Origin: Chloropicon primus | Lineage: Eukaryota | DNA length: 64,000 bases | Assembly (NCBI GenBank): GCA_023205875.1 | Contig: CP060754.1 | Location: 1,178,001 to 1,242,000 of the forward strand | Direction of reading: 5' to 3' | Shown: positions 23,376 through 34,001 of the stretch, piece after piece | Layout of the letters: each line of letters opens with the position of its first letter | How positions within the stretch are numbered: position 1 is the stretch's first letter | Notes under the pieces: generated by a model | What the model was told of the DNA's origin: nothing | The model's database searches: none | The model's input: the letters and a program-made list of their open reading frames with translations, nothing else | Translations under genes and position numbers: made by a program

Positions 23376-23773
23376 CGTCTCTGTCTCTCTCTGTCTGCAG
23401 CCGGAGGAGGGGCTGGGATCCCATGGACAAGAGATGAAGTGAACTTGAGGGAAGGGTGGGTTTTGTGCACGTCAGGGGGGACAGGGGAGGGAAGAAGGAA
23501 GAGAGACAAGCACTTGTATCGAAAGTACGTCTCAAAATCTTTCGATTGGTACCTCTCTGGACTTCTGGGACGCTGGGAGTGCTCGAAAATTGTGAACAAG
23601 GGGGCCTTGGGCAGAGCAAAGGGCATCACACAAAAGGTAAGGCTACTTGCAGAGGTCTGCGAGGGAGAGGTGGATGGGACAAGGGGTGGATGGAAACATC
23701 GCCTCTCGATCGCTTGCTCTTGATGTTACTCGCTTGAGCGGAGTGGTGCCTTGACGAGGAAGCTGAGGAACTG

Positions 23774-25202
23774 ATGAAGGGACTGGCTTTTGTGTTTGCA
23801 GTGATGAGTGCTCGAAGGGACAGCACCGAGGACAGGTTCTACTCCGCCTCGGAGGAGGAGAGGGAAGATGGGAGGTACGTGGACAGAGGGAGGAGGGATC
23901 GGGCGAGCTCCTCTTCCTCTCAAGTGGAGCCCAAGAACGAAGCAAGCTGTGCAGAAATGGGAGTGAGCGGACAGAACTCGGCCAGTGCAGCTGCTGTCAG
24001 GCCACATCGGAGGAAGAGTCAGTTGGGTCGGGACCTGCAGGCGAGCATCTCGAGCCTGGCGACCATTCCGCCGTTAAAGGTGCCTGTGCCTGGCGAGGAG
24101 GGCGGGGAGGACGCACTAGGCGCGCTCCTGGACGTTGCGGTTAAGGGAAACGGAGCGGGTTCAGGGACAAACTCCGAGGAGGTGGGCCAGGCGTCCACGT
24201 CTGTGAACAAGTATCTGCTGGAGACTACCCTCACGAAAGTGGCAGAGATAGAGACCAAGCTACACACCATACAGCTTAGCCTTGCCGAGGAGCAAGGCGG
24301 CGGGGAGATCAAGAGATCCAAAGCCAGCTTGGCGGTCTCCGCATCGGGGCGAGGGACCGGAGGCGACCAATACGAGGTGCTGGAAGGCCTGCTTCAGGTA
24401 AGAGAAAGAGAGAGAGAGAGAGAGATCACCAACACCCGTGTCTTTTGGCTTTGCTGACTCTGCCACCACTCTCACGACACGGCGGCCAAAGGTTCTGAAT
24501 AGCGTGAACCAAGTGAGTGACATGATCGCTGTGAAGAACGAGATGTTCACGCTGATCGAAGAGAATTGTAACCTCCTGTGCCTCCAAGTGAAGGCCACGC
24601 AGAGGGACAAGGAGAAGGAGGTGCAAGACCTGCAGGGCCGCATCGCTGGGCACAAGAAGACCCTGGAGGAGAAGGAGAAGGAGGTGCAAAGCCTTCGGGA
24701 AAGCGTCTCGGAGTACAGAAGGATTCTCGAGGAGAAGGAGAAAGTAGCGAGCAAGGGTAGGTGGGAGAAGAGTGAGAAACAAAGGGTCCTCGAGGACTTC
24801 AACCACTTGAAGGACTTGTACGACAAAGACAGGCGGAGGATGGAGGGGCTGATCGAAGACGCTGAGAGGAGACTCAGAATGATGCAGCTGTCTTACAACA
24901 GCGCGGTCTTCTCGCCGAGCATGGGGGCAGCATCTGTGCCTCAGCCGCTGCATCACAAGAGAAACAGCGTCACTAGCTTTTCCCCCCTGATCAACTCCTT
25001 TCAGGACAGAGTGCACAGCAACCTGTCGTTGTCGTCCTCTCATGAGAACCTCCCTCAGGGCCCCCACCCCAGCAACAGCGTTGACCTCCACACCAACGGC
25101 ACCTCGAACGGCGGCTCGGACATGATCGAACTCGTGGACATGCTGACCGCCGAGAATACCAAGTTGAGACAAATCGTAAACAGCTCCCCTGCCTCTTCCT
25201 AA
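23774..25202 (+). CDS. Hypothetical coiled-coil protein; intron about 24398-24491
   Basis: Two coding-like ORFs joined by a GTAAGA...AAG intron; heptad E/K-rich segment. Confidence 0.6.
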
Positions 25203-25537
25203 GTTCAGGGGCAAGGGCAGCAATAGTATACAAGATAGAAATAGATCGAAGTTCATCGCATCGCATCCTCGATGATGATGACCTCCACCTCTCTCTCTTT
25301 CTCTCTCTCGCAGGGCCACCCATTCGAGATTGTCTCGACAAATCGTAACGAAAACGAAGTGCCTCAAGATCAAGCACTTGCCCTGCCTCTTCCAAAGGCA
25401 AGACATGAGTCTCATCCCGCCTTGCCCTTCCCCCCCTTGCTCCCCTTCCCATCCAAAGCCAACCGATGAAGCAGATCTGATCTGGCAGCAGCGGCCCGTC
25501 GTCGCGACGGAGGGTACCGGACCAAAGGGCGAAGGCA

Positions 25538-26812
25538 ATGTGCAGGGGGAGGTGCGTCCGACCCCGACCCACCGTCAGATCGATACGCTGCCATGTCGTC
25601 CAAAGGAACGACCGACCGCCCTCGATCCTCTTCACTTGCGGAGGGACGGGGGGACACATCTATCCAGCTGTCGCGATTGCGGACCGCATCAAACGTGTTT
25701 GTCCGGACCTTGAGGTGGGGTTCATTGGGAGTCGAGACCGATTGGAGTGGGACATCGTGCCAAAGTCCGGGTACCCGATCCGCTCGGTCCCTTGCGCGCC
25801 CATCCACAGGCCCATAGCCTCGTTTCGGAACGTCAGGACAATTTTGATCCAGGTCTTGGGGTTGCTCAAGGCGTTGTGGCTCCTGGCGAGAAGGAGGCCC
25901 GCCGCAGTTGTGGGGACTGGCGGGTACATCACCGTGCCGACGTGCTTTGCGGCGTGGCTGCTGAGGATTCCCGTCTTCCTGCACGAGTCCAACGCTCTTC
26001 CAGGACTGGCGACAAGGTTTCTGGTCAACACACTCGGATGCGCCGCGGGGGTGTTCCTCGGGTTTGCGGAGGCGAGGAAGCACCTTCGGGGGGGCACGAA
26101 CGTGGTGGTGACTGGGAACCCGGTTCGCGAGGGCATACTTCCGAAGAACTGGGACGGGATTGAGGCGAGAGCGGACAAGATCAACAGGCTTTGGGGGCGC
26201 GTCGGGGGGGGATCCGGGGGAACGAGACCCTCGGAAGGCTTGTGCCTCTGCGTCATGGGCGGCTCCTTGGGCGCCGGCAAAATCAACCAAGTGCTGGAGG
26301 AGTGCGCGGAAACCCTGTTGACCAAATTTACAGACTTGCATATCATCTGGCAGACGGGGGAGAGGTACTACGAGGAAGCGAGGGGCGGTGCATCGCGCGG
26401 AGGGTCAGACGCACGAGGCAGGGGCTCTCCCAACGAAAGGCTCGCCATTTTGCCGTTCTTGGACGATATGCCACTGGTGTACTCGTGCTGCGATGTGTTC
26501 GTCTGCCGTTCGGGGGCCATCACTTGCAGCGAATTGCTGTGCGCGAGGAAACCGAGCATACTGATTCCTTCTCCAAACGTGACGGACGATCATCAATCGA
26601 GGAACGCCGACGCTCTGCAGAACTCGGGCATGGCGATACTTCTGGAGGAAGAGAGCCTCGATGGAGACGCTCTCGTCGCCACCATCGAGTCGCTCCTGGA
26701 GGAGGGCGGAAGAAAGCTCAAGGGGATGGGCGAGGCACTGGAAGGTGCTGCAGAAAACGTGGCGAGCGAGGACATCGCGATCGCAATTTTGAGACAACTC
26801 GTTGATGTCTAA
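25538..26812 (+). CDS. murG: MurG lipid II GlcNAc transferase (GT28), probably plastid-targeted
   Basis: GGTGGHIYPAVAIA, GTGGY, HESNALPG, GNPVR, GGSLGA, RSGAIT.SE, IPSP...DHQ.RNA; Arg-rich N-terminal extension. Confidence 0.92.
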   Translation: MCRGRCVRPRPTVRSIRCHVVQRNDRPPSILFTCGGTGGHIYPAVAIADRIKRVCPDLEVGFIGSRDRLEWDIVPKSGYPIRSVPCAPIHRPIASFRNVRTILIQVLGLLKALWLLARRRPAAVVGTGGYITVPTCFAAWLLRIPVFLHESNALPGLATRFLVNTLGCAAGVFLGFAEARKHLRGGTNVVVTGNPVREGILPKNWDGIEARADKINRLWGRVGGGSGGTRPSEGLCLCVMGGSLGAGKINQVLEECAETLLTKFTDLHIIWQTGERYYEEARGGASRGGSDARGRGSPNERLAILPFLDDMPLVYSCCDVFVCRSGAITCSELLCARKPSILIPSPNVTDDHQSRNADALQNSGMAILLEEESLDGDALVATIESLLEEGGRKLKGMGEALEGAAENVASEDIAIAILRQLVDV

Positions 26813-26831
26813 GAGACAGAGACAGAGAGAG

Positions 26832-26862
<31 letters not shown>

Positions 26863-26894
26863 GAGATTAATATTATACTGTTTTACACCAAGCC

Positions 26895-29579
26895 CTAGGC
26901 TTGCGGGGGCCTTAACCTCGCCTTCACCGAGAGCGGAAACTTGCAAAAGCACTTCTCTGGATCTGGGCTCAGAACGCAGGAGAGCACCGTGGAATGACCT
27001 GGTCCAATCGACAGGGCGGTCCTCAATTCTGGTATCGTGGCGTTGTTCCAGCGTTCCTTGGACCCAGGCTGCAACTTGAATGTGCCCACCACGGGCTGCT
27101 TCATAGTATTCTCGGGCACGAAACCGCCCAAGACGTCTGTGCACAAATCGTACAGGTAAGGGTCCTCTTCCAAGTGCTCGCAAACCAGGATAGAACCATT
27201 GTCTCCAAAAAGAAGCTGGACGCCCCTCATGTACAAGAAACCCAAGACACAACTCTCCCACATCGCTCTCGTGCAAGAATCGTGGCTCGCGCAGAGGAGC
27301 AAGCACTCGCTCACCCCGCTCATGGCCATCGCAACGAATTCGGCTGTCCTCTCCTCCTCCTCCGCTGGGTTGGGTGGCTTGTTGCTGTTCTTGTAGCTCT
27401 TTCCGACCAGTTCTATGCAGTCCTTCGAGAGAATTCCGAGGTTGCTGCCGATGCCATGCCAGCACAAGGGCTGGACATGCTCCTCCGCTAGTCTCGTGCA
27501 AGTGCTCACGCACTTCTCCCAAGTGAAGGGGTAGTTGTGGCCCTGAACCCTCTTGATGTCGTTCTTGCCCAAGTCTTCCTGCTCGCATATCCTTTTGCAC
27601 TTTTCCTTGCCCAAGTCACTGCACTTGGTGACGGAATCGCTCACAAACTTGTAGGCATCAAGCATGTGGTCCTCGTACGACAGCTGGAAATAGCCTCTGT
27701 TGTAGTAGCACGCACCCGCAGCCCGCCGGAGCGCGTGGTGAAGCTTCGCCCGCTTGCCGTGCCTAAATGCACCCCACAGAGCTTCCAGGTAAGTCCCCCC
27801 AATCGAGTCGCACTTTTTCAGGACCCTGTCGTTCCACTCGCTGTTCACCTTGTAGTTGAATGTCTTGTTCGCCCTCTGCATCGCCACCCTCTCCGTGTCG
27901 TCTTGCGAGTAAACCTTCCTTGACAGCGTGTTTATCAAGGTCCGGTGCATCTCGTGATAGAACCCAGTGTAGCAGCTCGAAGACGCGTAGTCATCCAGTA
28001 CGGCATCGCCACTCTCGATGCTCATGGTGGACGCCACCCGCTCGCACGCCAGCATCGTGAGGTCGAAACTCAAAGCGTTCCTCCTGTCCTCTGCTGTCTC
28101 CTTCACTTCGTAACCGTCGTCGGCTGCGGCGTTCCAATGCAGGAGCTCGATCTCGTACACGATTGGGGTGTTGGGCGGAACAAGTCCATCTGGGGATCCT
28201 TGCTCACCGTAAGCATACTCGGGCGAGAAAGTGAACTTGCTGAATTCCTTGAGGTTCATCGTGCTTATCGCAATGGCCAAGCCCTTGATCGTCTCGTGGC
28301 CGTCGAGCCGAATGGGGTGCGGCCTGTCCTCTGCCCCAACCCTGCTCGTTTGGTATACTGTGCCGTCGCCAAGCTGTGCGGTGTAGTGCACCAGCACCTC
28401 ATCCGTTTCCCGTGGCTTCCCGTTGAACCTTTCCCCTTCGTTGATCATCTCCTTCTTCACTCCCCCGTCAGGCGTCAGCGAGGTTTTCATGCCCTCACTT
28501 AACCCGTCCATGAATCGCACTGCCACGTGCTTCAAGCTCGACTCCAAGGACTCAGCCTCCAGAGCCCTGAACTCGGAGCCCCCTCGAGGCAGACCGGAGT
28601 TGCCCGAAAAGTAAAAGATGCCGTGCCCTATCCCGTGCCCGCAAGCCATGTAGCCCTGGTTGAACGGAGCGTAACTGCAGAGGTTCCCGAGGTAAAGCAA
28701 GACTTCCTCGAACTTGGGCTTGTCCTGCAGGTACCGCAATTGGGACCAAACGACGGCATGGATCACATCGTCGTATTTTGTTGTATCTGGCGTCCCGATA
28801 GCGAGCTTGAACTTCTCCGGGGCGTCCTCCCACCTCTTTTCGCCGTGCAAGGACGCGTTCTGCTCCTTCTGGAGGAGCGCCGAGTAGCCGCACAGCATGG
28901 CGACGTCCTCGATGTTGTCCGCCCTCAGCTCGCGGCCGTCGACCAGGGGGGCGTAGGCGTCCATCTGGGACTCCACCCTTCGATCGAACACCTGTTTCGC
29001 GATCCACATCCCAAGGGCGTGTTCCTCGAAGGAGAGCGAAGTCGTCGCTTTCGATTTCAAGTCCCAGGCCCCCCAAGTCTCCCCGCTTATCTGCAGATGG
29101 AAGTACTTGAGCCAGAAGGCGAAGATCGGAGTCCCGTACGTGCTCCACAACGTCCTCAGGAGGTCGCCCAAGTGCCTCTCTATGACTTCTCTGTCCGCGA
29201 CAATGAATTTCTCCCCCAAGTCCTCTTGCTTCAAAACGGCCTCGACGTGAGGAGGGGCCAGCCTCTCCCACTCCGTTGCCAGTTGCCGCACCCTCCTGTC
29301 TTCCAGCAGGGAGAAGAAGAACTCGCACGGCCTGAGGTTTCCCTCGCTGCGCCCGGCACTCTCCTCCAGACGTGGAACTCCATCCAAGTTCAGCGCCTGA
29401 AAGTCGGCGAACGGCTTGCGAAACGTGGAAGAACCTTCGCCAGTCCAGCCGAAGTCGCCGTTCGGACCCGCCAGGTACTGGAGGACCCCTATCACGCCCA
29501 CGAGCAGGGCGACGGACGCCAAGACTTTCTGCCTAGACCTCCTCAGAGGCCGAGAAACGTTCCCTTTAATCCCTCTCAT
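26895..29579 (-). CDS. Type II membrane protein with Cys/His (CxHGxG) motifs and an internal FKBP-type PPIase domain
   Basis: N-terminal TM VLASVALLVGVIGVLQYLA. FKBP: DGGVKKE...VLVHY...IKGL..M...SPEYAYGEQG...VPPN....YEIELL. CGHGIGHG and CWHGIG motifs flank it. Confidence 0.75.
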   Translation of the reverse strand: MRGIKGNVSRPLRRSRQKVLASVALLVGVIGVLQYLAGPNGDFGWTGEGSSTFRKPFADFQALNLDGVPRLEESAGRSEGNLRPCEFFFSLLEDRRVRQLATEWERLAPPHVEAVLKQEDLGEKFIVADREVIERHLGDLLRTLWSTYGTPIFAFWLKYFHLQISGETWGAWDLKSKATTSLSFEEHALGMWIAKQVFDRRVESQMDAYAPLVDGRELRADNIEDVAMLCGYSALLQKEQNASLHGEKRWEDAPEKFKLAIGTPDTTKYDDVIHAVVWSQLRYLQDKPKFEEVLLYLGNLCSYAPFNQGYMACGHGIGHGIFYFSGNSGLPRGGSEFRALEAESLESSLKHVAVRFMDGLSEGMKTSLTPDGGVKKEMINEGERFNGKPRETDEVLVHYTAQLGDGTVYQTSRVGAEDRPHPIRLDGHETIKGLAIAISTMNLKEFSKFTFSPEYAYGEQGSPDGLVPPNTPIVYEIELLHWNAAADDGYEVKETAEDRRNALSFDLTMLACERVASTMSIESGDAVLDDYASSSCYTGFYHEMHRTLINTLSRKVYSQDDTERVAMQRANKTFNYKVNSEWNDRVLKKCDSIGGTYLEALWGAFRHGKRAKLHHALRRAAGACYYNRGYFQLSYEDHMLDAYKFVSDSVTKCSDLGKEKCKRICEQEDLGKNDIKRVQGHNYPFTWEKCVSTCTRLAEEHVQPLCWHGIGSNLGILSKDCIELVGKSYKNSNKPPNPAEEEERTAEFVAMAMSGVSECLLLCASHDSCTRAMWESCVLGFLYMRGVQLLFGDNGSILVCEHLEEDPYLYDLCTDVLGGFVPENTMKQPVVGTFKLQPGSKERWNNATIPELRTALSIGPGHSTVLSCVLSPDPEKCFCKFPLSVKARLRPPQA

Positions 29580-30105
29580 CCTCTCTGAGAAGCTCTCTGC
29601 TCCAAACAATGGTGACCTTCAACGACCTCCAGCCCCAGGGTCGAAGCCTCGCCCAGCCATGGCCGAGCCGCTTGGCAACGCCTCGGAGCTTTGCCCTTCC
29701 CTGGAGCCTTGTCCTTCCTTCCCCTCACGCCAATACGGCCACTAGCACACCCTCCCGGACGCCAAATCGATCCAGTGAAGGATCAATCGAAAGGAACTCG
29801 ACGCGAATGCCTTTCCTTTCCCTGTCTCGACCGCGTCACCCCCCACCCCTTCACAATCCCGTCTTGCCCCTCACCCCCAATCCCAGTGTCGAGCCACAAG
29901 CCTCTCCTGGCCCTCGTGGACTCCACAGAGCATCAAAAACGTCAAACAAGGTACGAAACGAAAGCCCGCGAGACGTACTTTTGTCCTGTTCCCTCCTTTC
30001 CTGCCTCTTTCCTCCCGATCGGCCCTCTTTGCGCTCAATACTGGTGCCCCTCTCCCCAGTTCCTTGTCCTTGGGATGAAGGTACCGCAAGTGGTTCGGTT
30101 CGTTG

Positions 30106-31519
30106 ATGGCGAGGAGAGGAGCAGAACTTGAGAGAAGGATGAGGTCTGCGCAAGTCTGTCGTGGGTTCAAGGCGGCGCAAGGGCCGAGGAGGGCAAGAGT
30201 GATCTCCAGAAGTGGGAGCACCTATGGAACGTGCTTCCGCGTCACGACCTTTGGAGAGTCCCACGGCAAGGGCGTTGGTTGCGTGGTGGACGGGGTGCCA
30301 CCACGCCTGCCCGTTGATGAGGAAGAGATTCAGTTCGAGCTCGACAGGTACGTACCATCCAGGAAGAGGCTTCGACTGCCGTCATGCAATTCATCTCACA
30401 CACACACACACACACTCTCTCTCTCTCTCTCTGTCTCTGCCTCTCACTCACTGCATGGGTGAATGGGTTTGTGTCCGCAGGAGGAGGCCTGGACAGAATA
30501 GGTTGACGACGCCGAGGAAGGAGTCGGATGCTTGTGAGATCCTTTCCGGAGTGAGTGACGGGCTCGCTCTCGGGACGCCTATCGCCGTGGTGGTGAGGAA
30601 CAAGGATCAGAGAAGCGGAGACTACAAGGAGATGTCGGTGGCTTATCGTCCATCTCACGCGGACGCGACGTATGATGCCAAGTATGGCGTGAGGGCCGTG
30701 GCGGGAGGGGGGAGGAGCAGTGCCAGGGAGACGATCGGGCGCGTGGCCGCGGGAGCGATAGCGAAGAGCTTGCTGAAGAAGGTGGCAGGGACAGAGATCA
30801 TCGCGTGGGTGTCGAGTGTGAAGGACGTCAAGGTCCCCGAGGACGCTGTCGACCACGACGCTTTGACCGTGGAGGAGGTCGAGGAGAGCATGGTTCGCTG
30901 CCCGCACGAGGAGACTTCGGAGAGGATGATCAAGGAGATCGACAACATCAAGAGGCAGAGGGAGTCGTGCGGAGGGACGGTGACCTGCGTGGTGAGGAAC
31001 TGCCCTTGGGGCTTGGGATCCCCCGTCTTCGACAAGCTCGAAGCCGAGCTGGCCAAGGCCATGATGTCCCTGCCGGCGACCAAGGGCTTTGAGATTGGAA
31101 GCGGGTTCTCGTCCACCACCATGACCGGCAGCGAGCATAACGACGAGTTCGTCACGGCGGTGGACGATGACATCGCGGGGAGCAAGAGGATTAGAACGAA
31201 AACGAACAGGTCCGGTGGCATCCAGGGCGGCATCTCGAACGGAGAGAACATCGTTCTCCACATCGCTTTCAAGCCCACCTCCACCATCGCCATCAAGCAG
31301 AACACGGTGACGAGGGACGCCGAGGAGGTTGAGACCGTCTTCAAGGGCAGGCACGATCCCTGCGTAGTTCCAAGGGCGGTCCCCATGGTGGACTCGATGG
31401 TCGCGATAGTTTTGGCCGACCAGCTCCTGCAGAACCACGCGCAGTGCAGGGTCCTGCCGTCGGATGACGTCCCGCTGGTGGCGAGAGAGGACCACCAGCT
31501 CATGCCGCAGAGTAATTGA
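30106..31519 (+). CDS. aroC: Chorismate synthase, plastidic; intron 30348-30480
   Basis: [57 protein letters not shown]. Confidence 0.96.
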
Positions 31520-31592
31520 TTGATTGATGCTTTTCTTTCATATATCTAAAAAAATAGAGAGAGAGAGAGAGAGAGCTCCCACGCTTCCCACT

Positions 31593-32606
31593 CTAGCGCC
31601 GATCGATCCTCTCGAGGTCGGACACCCTTTCCCTCAAGCCCTCGATCTGCTGCTGCTGCGCTTGCAAAGCCGCGACGAGGTGGATGTTCACGTCGTGGAC
31701 GTCGACCTGCAATATCTCGTCTGCTATGACGTCGCCCTCTTTGCTGCTGATCCCCTCCCCCGTGCGCATCACGGCCTCCGGAAAGACCTCGGCGTACTCC
31801 TGAGCGATGAAGTTGACCCACTTGTCCCTTCGCCGCACCTCCGGGTACCTCTCAGCGTACGCCTCGATGTACGCGTATGACACCGGTCTCAGCGCCAAGA
31901 TCTTGCCCAGCGCCTCCTCCGGAACAATCGTCTCCACTCGCTCCTTAATCCTGGCGTCAGAGTTAGAGAGCCAGCTCCCCGCAGTCGTCTTGCTCGCCTC
32001 GCCGTTCACCTCCAACGTGTTCGTCTTGGCGATCCTCCCCAAGCCGACCTTGCCCTCGGCCCCAATGAAGAGGCGAGGAGATGCCTTCCCGCTCGTGTGG
32101 AACGAGATGCCGTGGTCAGACGACGTCCCGATCGAGAGGGCGTACCCCGAACCACCACCGAACACCCCAGTCCCGGTGGAGGATTCGTGACCAATCTTGC
32201 TCTCGACCTCCTCGCTCGAGTCTCCCATGGTGAGGTAGGACGCCATGGTCTTGGTCGTCCTCGAGAGCCTCAAGAGCTCGCCGTAAGAACCTTTGACATT
32301 CACTGGAGCGGCCAAGTCGTTCGCTGTCACTCCCTTCTCCCTCCCTTCGTCGTCCTTGAAGTACAAGTTCCGGTCCTTCTTGCAGTAGATGGAGCAAGTT
32401 CCCTTGGGAGATTGCTTGGGACCATTCTGCAGGAGCTTCATCCTATACGTGCCATCCACCTTGACGTTCCCGTACTCCATGGTCATGCCAGGGAGGTCGC
32501 AGATCTCCTCGCTCCCAATGCTGTGATCCACAAGCAGGAAGAGGGACACCAAGAACGCCACATTCCTCCACTGCGGCTCGGCACCTCCACGCGGCCTCAG
32601 CCCCAT
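31593..32606 (-). CDS. Secreted protein with C-terminal Peptidase_S74 (intramolecular chaperone/autoprocessing) domain
   Basis: Signal-like VAFLVSLFLLV; RLFI..EGKVGLG...LEVNG; W..SDARIK...L.KI..LRPV.Y...FIAQE..EVFPEAV...LV.ALQ.QQQQIE.L coiled coil. Confidence 0.85.
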   Translation of the reverse strand: MGLRPRGGAEPQWRNVAFLVSLFLLVDHSIGSEEICDLPGMTMEYGNVKVDGTYRMKLLQNGPKQSPKGTCSIYCKKDRNLYFKDDEGREKGVTANDLAAPVNVKGSYGELLRLSRTTKTMASYLTMGDSSEEVESKIGHESSTGTGVFGGGSGYALSIGTSSDHGISFHTSGKASPRLFIGAEGKVGLGRIAKTNTLEVNGEASKTTAGSWLSNSDARIKERVETIVPEEALGKILALRPVSYAYIEAYAERYPEVRRRDKWVNFIAQEYAEVFPEAVMRTGEGISSKEGDVIADEILQVDVHDVNIHLVAALQAQQQQIEGLRERVSDLERIDRR

Positions 32607-34001
32607 CCCAAGAGATGGAGTTTGTGAAATGGACAATGGACAATGGAAAGGAATGGACCACTCACTCTCACTCACTCTCACTCTCTCACTCACTCACTTG
32701 CTTGTGTCGCTGTCCAATGAGGGGTTGGCCAGGAGGCAAGCGGCGCAAAGGGTAGCAAGCAAGAGGACTGGAAGCCGTTTCCAGCAGCAGAACAGAGAGG
32801 AGGAGAGGAAGGGGATGGAGTCTTGGGACTTGTTCCGCTTAGTCTCGTTTTCGTGACTCTACTGAGGAAAGTAAAGTGAGGGTGGAGAGGGAGACGGAGA
32901 GATGGAATCAAGTCCGACAGGACAAGGACAAGAGAACAAACAAAGAATCTTCATCTTGTCTGATCCATGTGAACATCCCTTCATCTTTTGGTGGCTCCCT
33001 TCGTCTTTTTTTCCGTCGTCGGAAGGAATCATCACCAGGGGGAGGATCTCCTCCCTCCCTCGTGAGTGTGTCTCTCTTCTCTTCTCTTCTCTTCTCTTCT
33101 CTTCTCTTCTCTTCTCCTTCATTAGACGCTTATCCTTTGAGGAGAAAAAAGTTCTTCGTGGTTGCAACCAAAGGCCTCGTGGTTGCAAAAACGTTTTTCC
33201 AACCAAGTCTAAACGTCGCTTCATGCCTCTCTCTCCTCCTTGGCAATTAAGGGAATCCGTCCAAGAGAGCGCAAAGACAGGAGCGTCCGTCGTTGCTCTT
33301 GTGGTTGGGTCTTGGAGTTAATTACAGTTCCAGTTGGGTTCCGGTTCCTCCCAGCAGAGAATCTTCTACGTTGCAACACAGAGAATTGTTCTCTTGTTCT
33401 CTTGTTCTTGGCTTCTTCTTCTCCCCCTTGTTCCCTCGAGTTATTCCCAAGACATCGTGCTGTGGATTCCTTCTCCTTCTCCTTCTGCGTCCACCAGTGC
33501 TCTTGGCTTGTCTGCTTGATGCTCAGCCTGGAGCTCCAAACTCCTGAGAGACTCTGCAGACAACAGACAAGAAGTTGGCGGTGGCGCTAAGGTCTTGTTC
33601 CCAACCAAACACACAACCACCAAAGCAAGAGCAAACCTTCGACCGAGGTCCACTTCCAGCGGGAGTGAGCGTGTGTGTGTGTGCTTGTTTACTGTCCAAG
33701 GTCAAGGTCTTCGAAGAGACTTGTGTACCGGTACTTGTGCCCTCGTAGGCTTTTACAAGAGAGAGGAATCTCGCAAGAGGTTTTTCTCTACCGAGCTCAA
33801 GGCAAGATTTCTTCGTCGGTCCAAGCGAGAGATAGGAAGGACAGCACGGAATCAAGGCGCACTAGTCTACCTAGCGTTCGAGAGGTGCTGGACGCGCCAT
33901 CTTTGGTTGAAGCGCAGACGGATGAGACCGTAGGTGAACGTGTACCGGTAGGGATCAGTGCAAAGGGAAGAATATCTTTCAACATCCGAGAGAAGCTGGG
34001 C

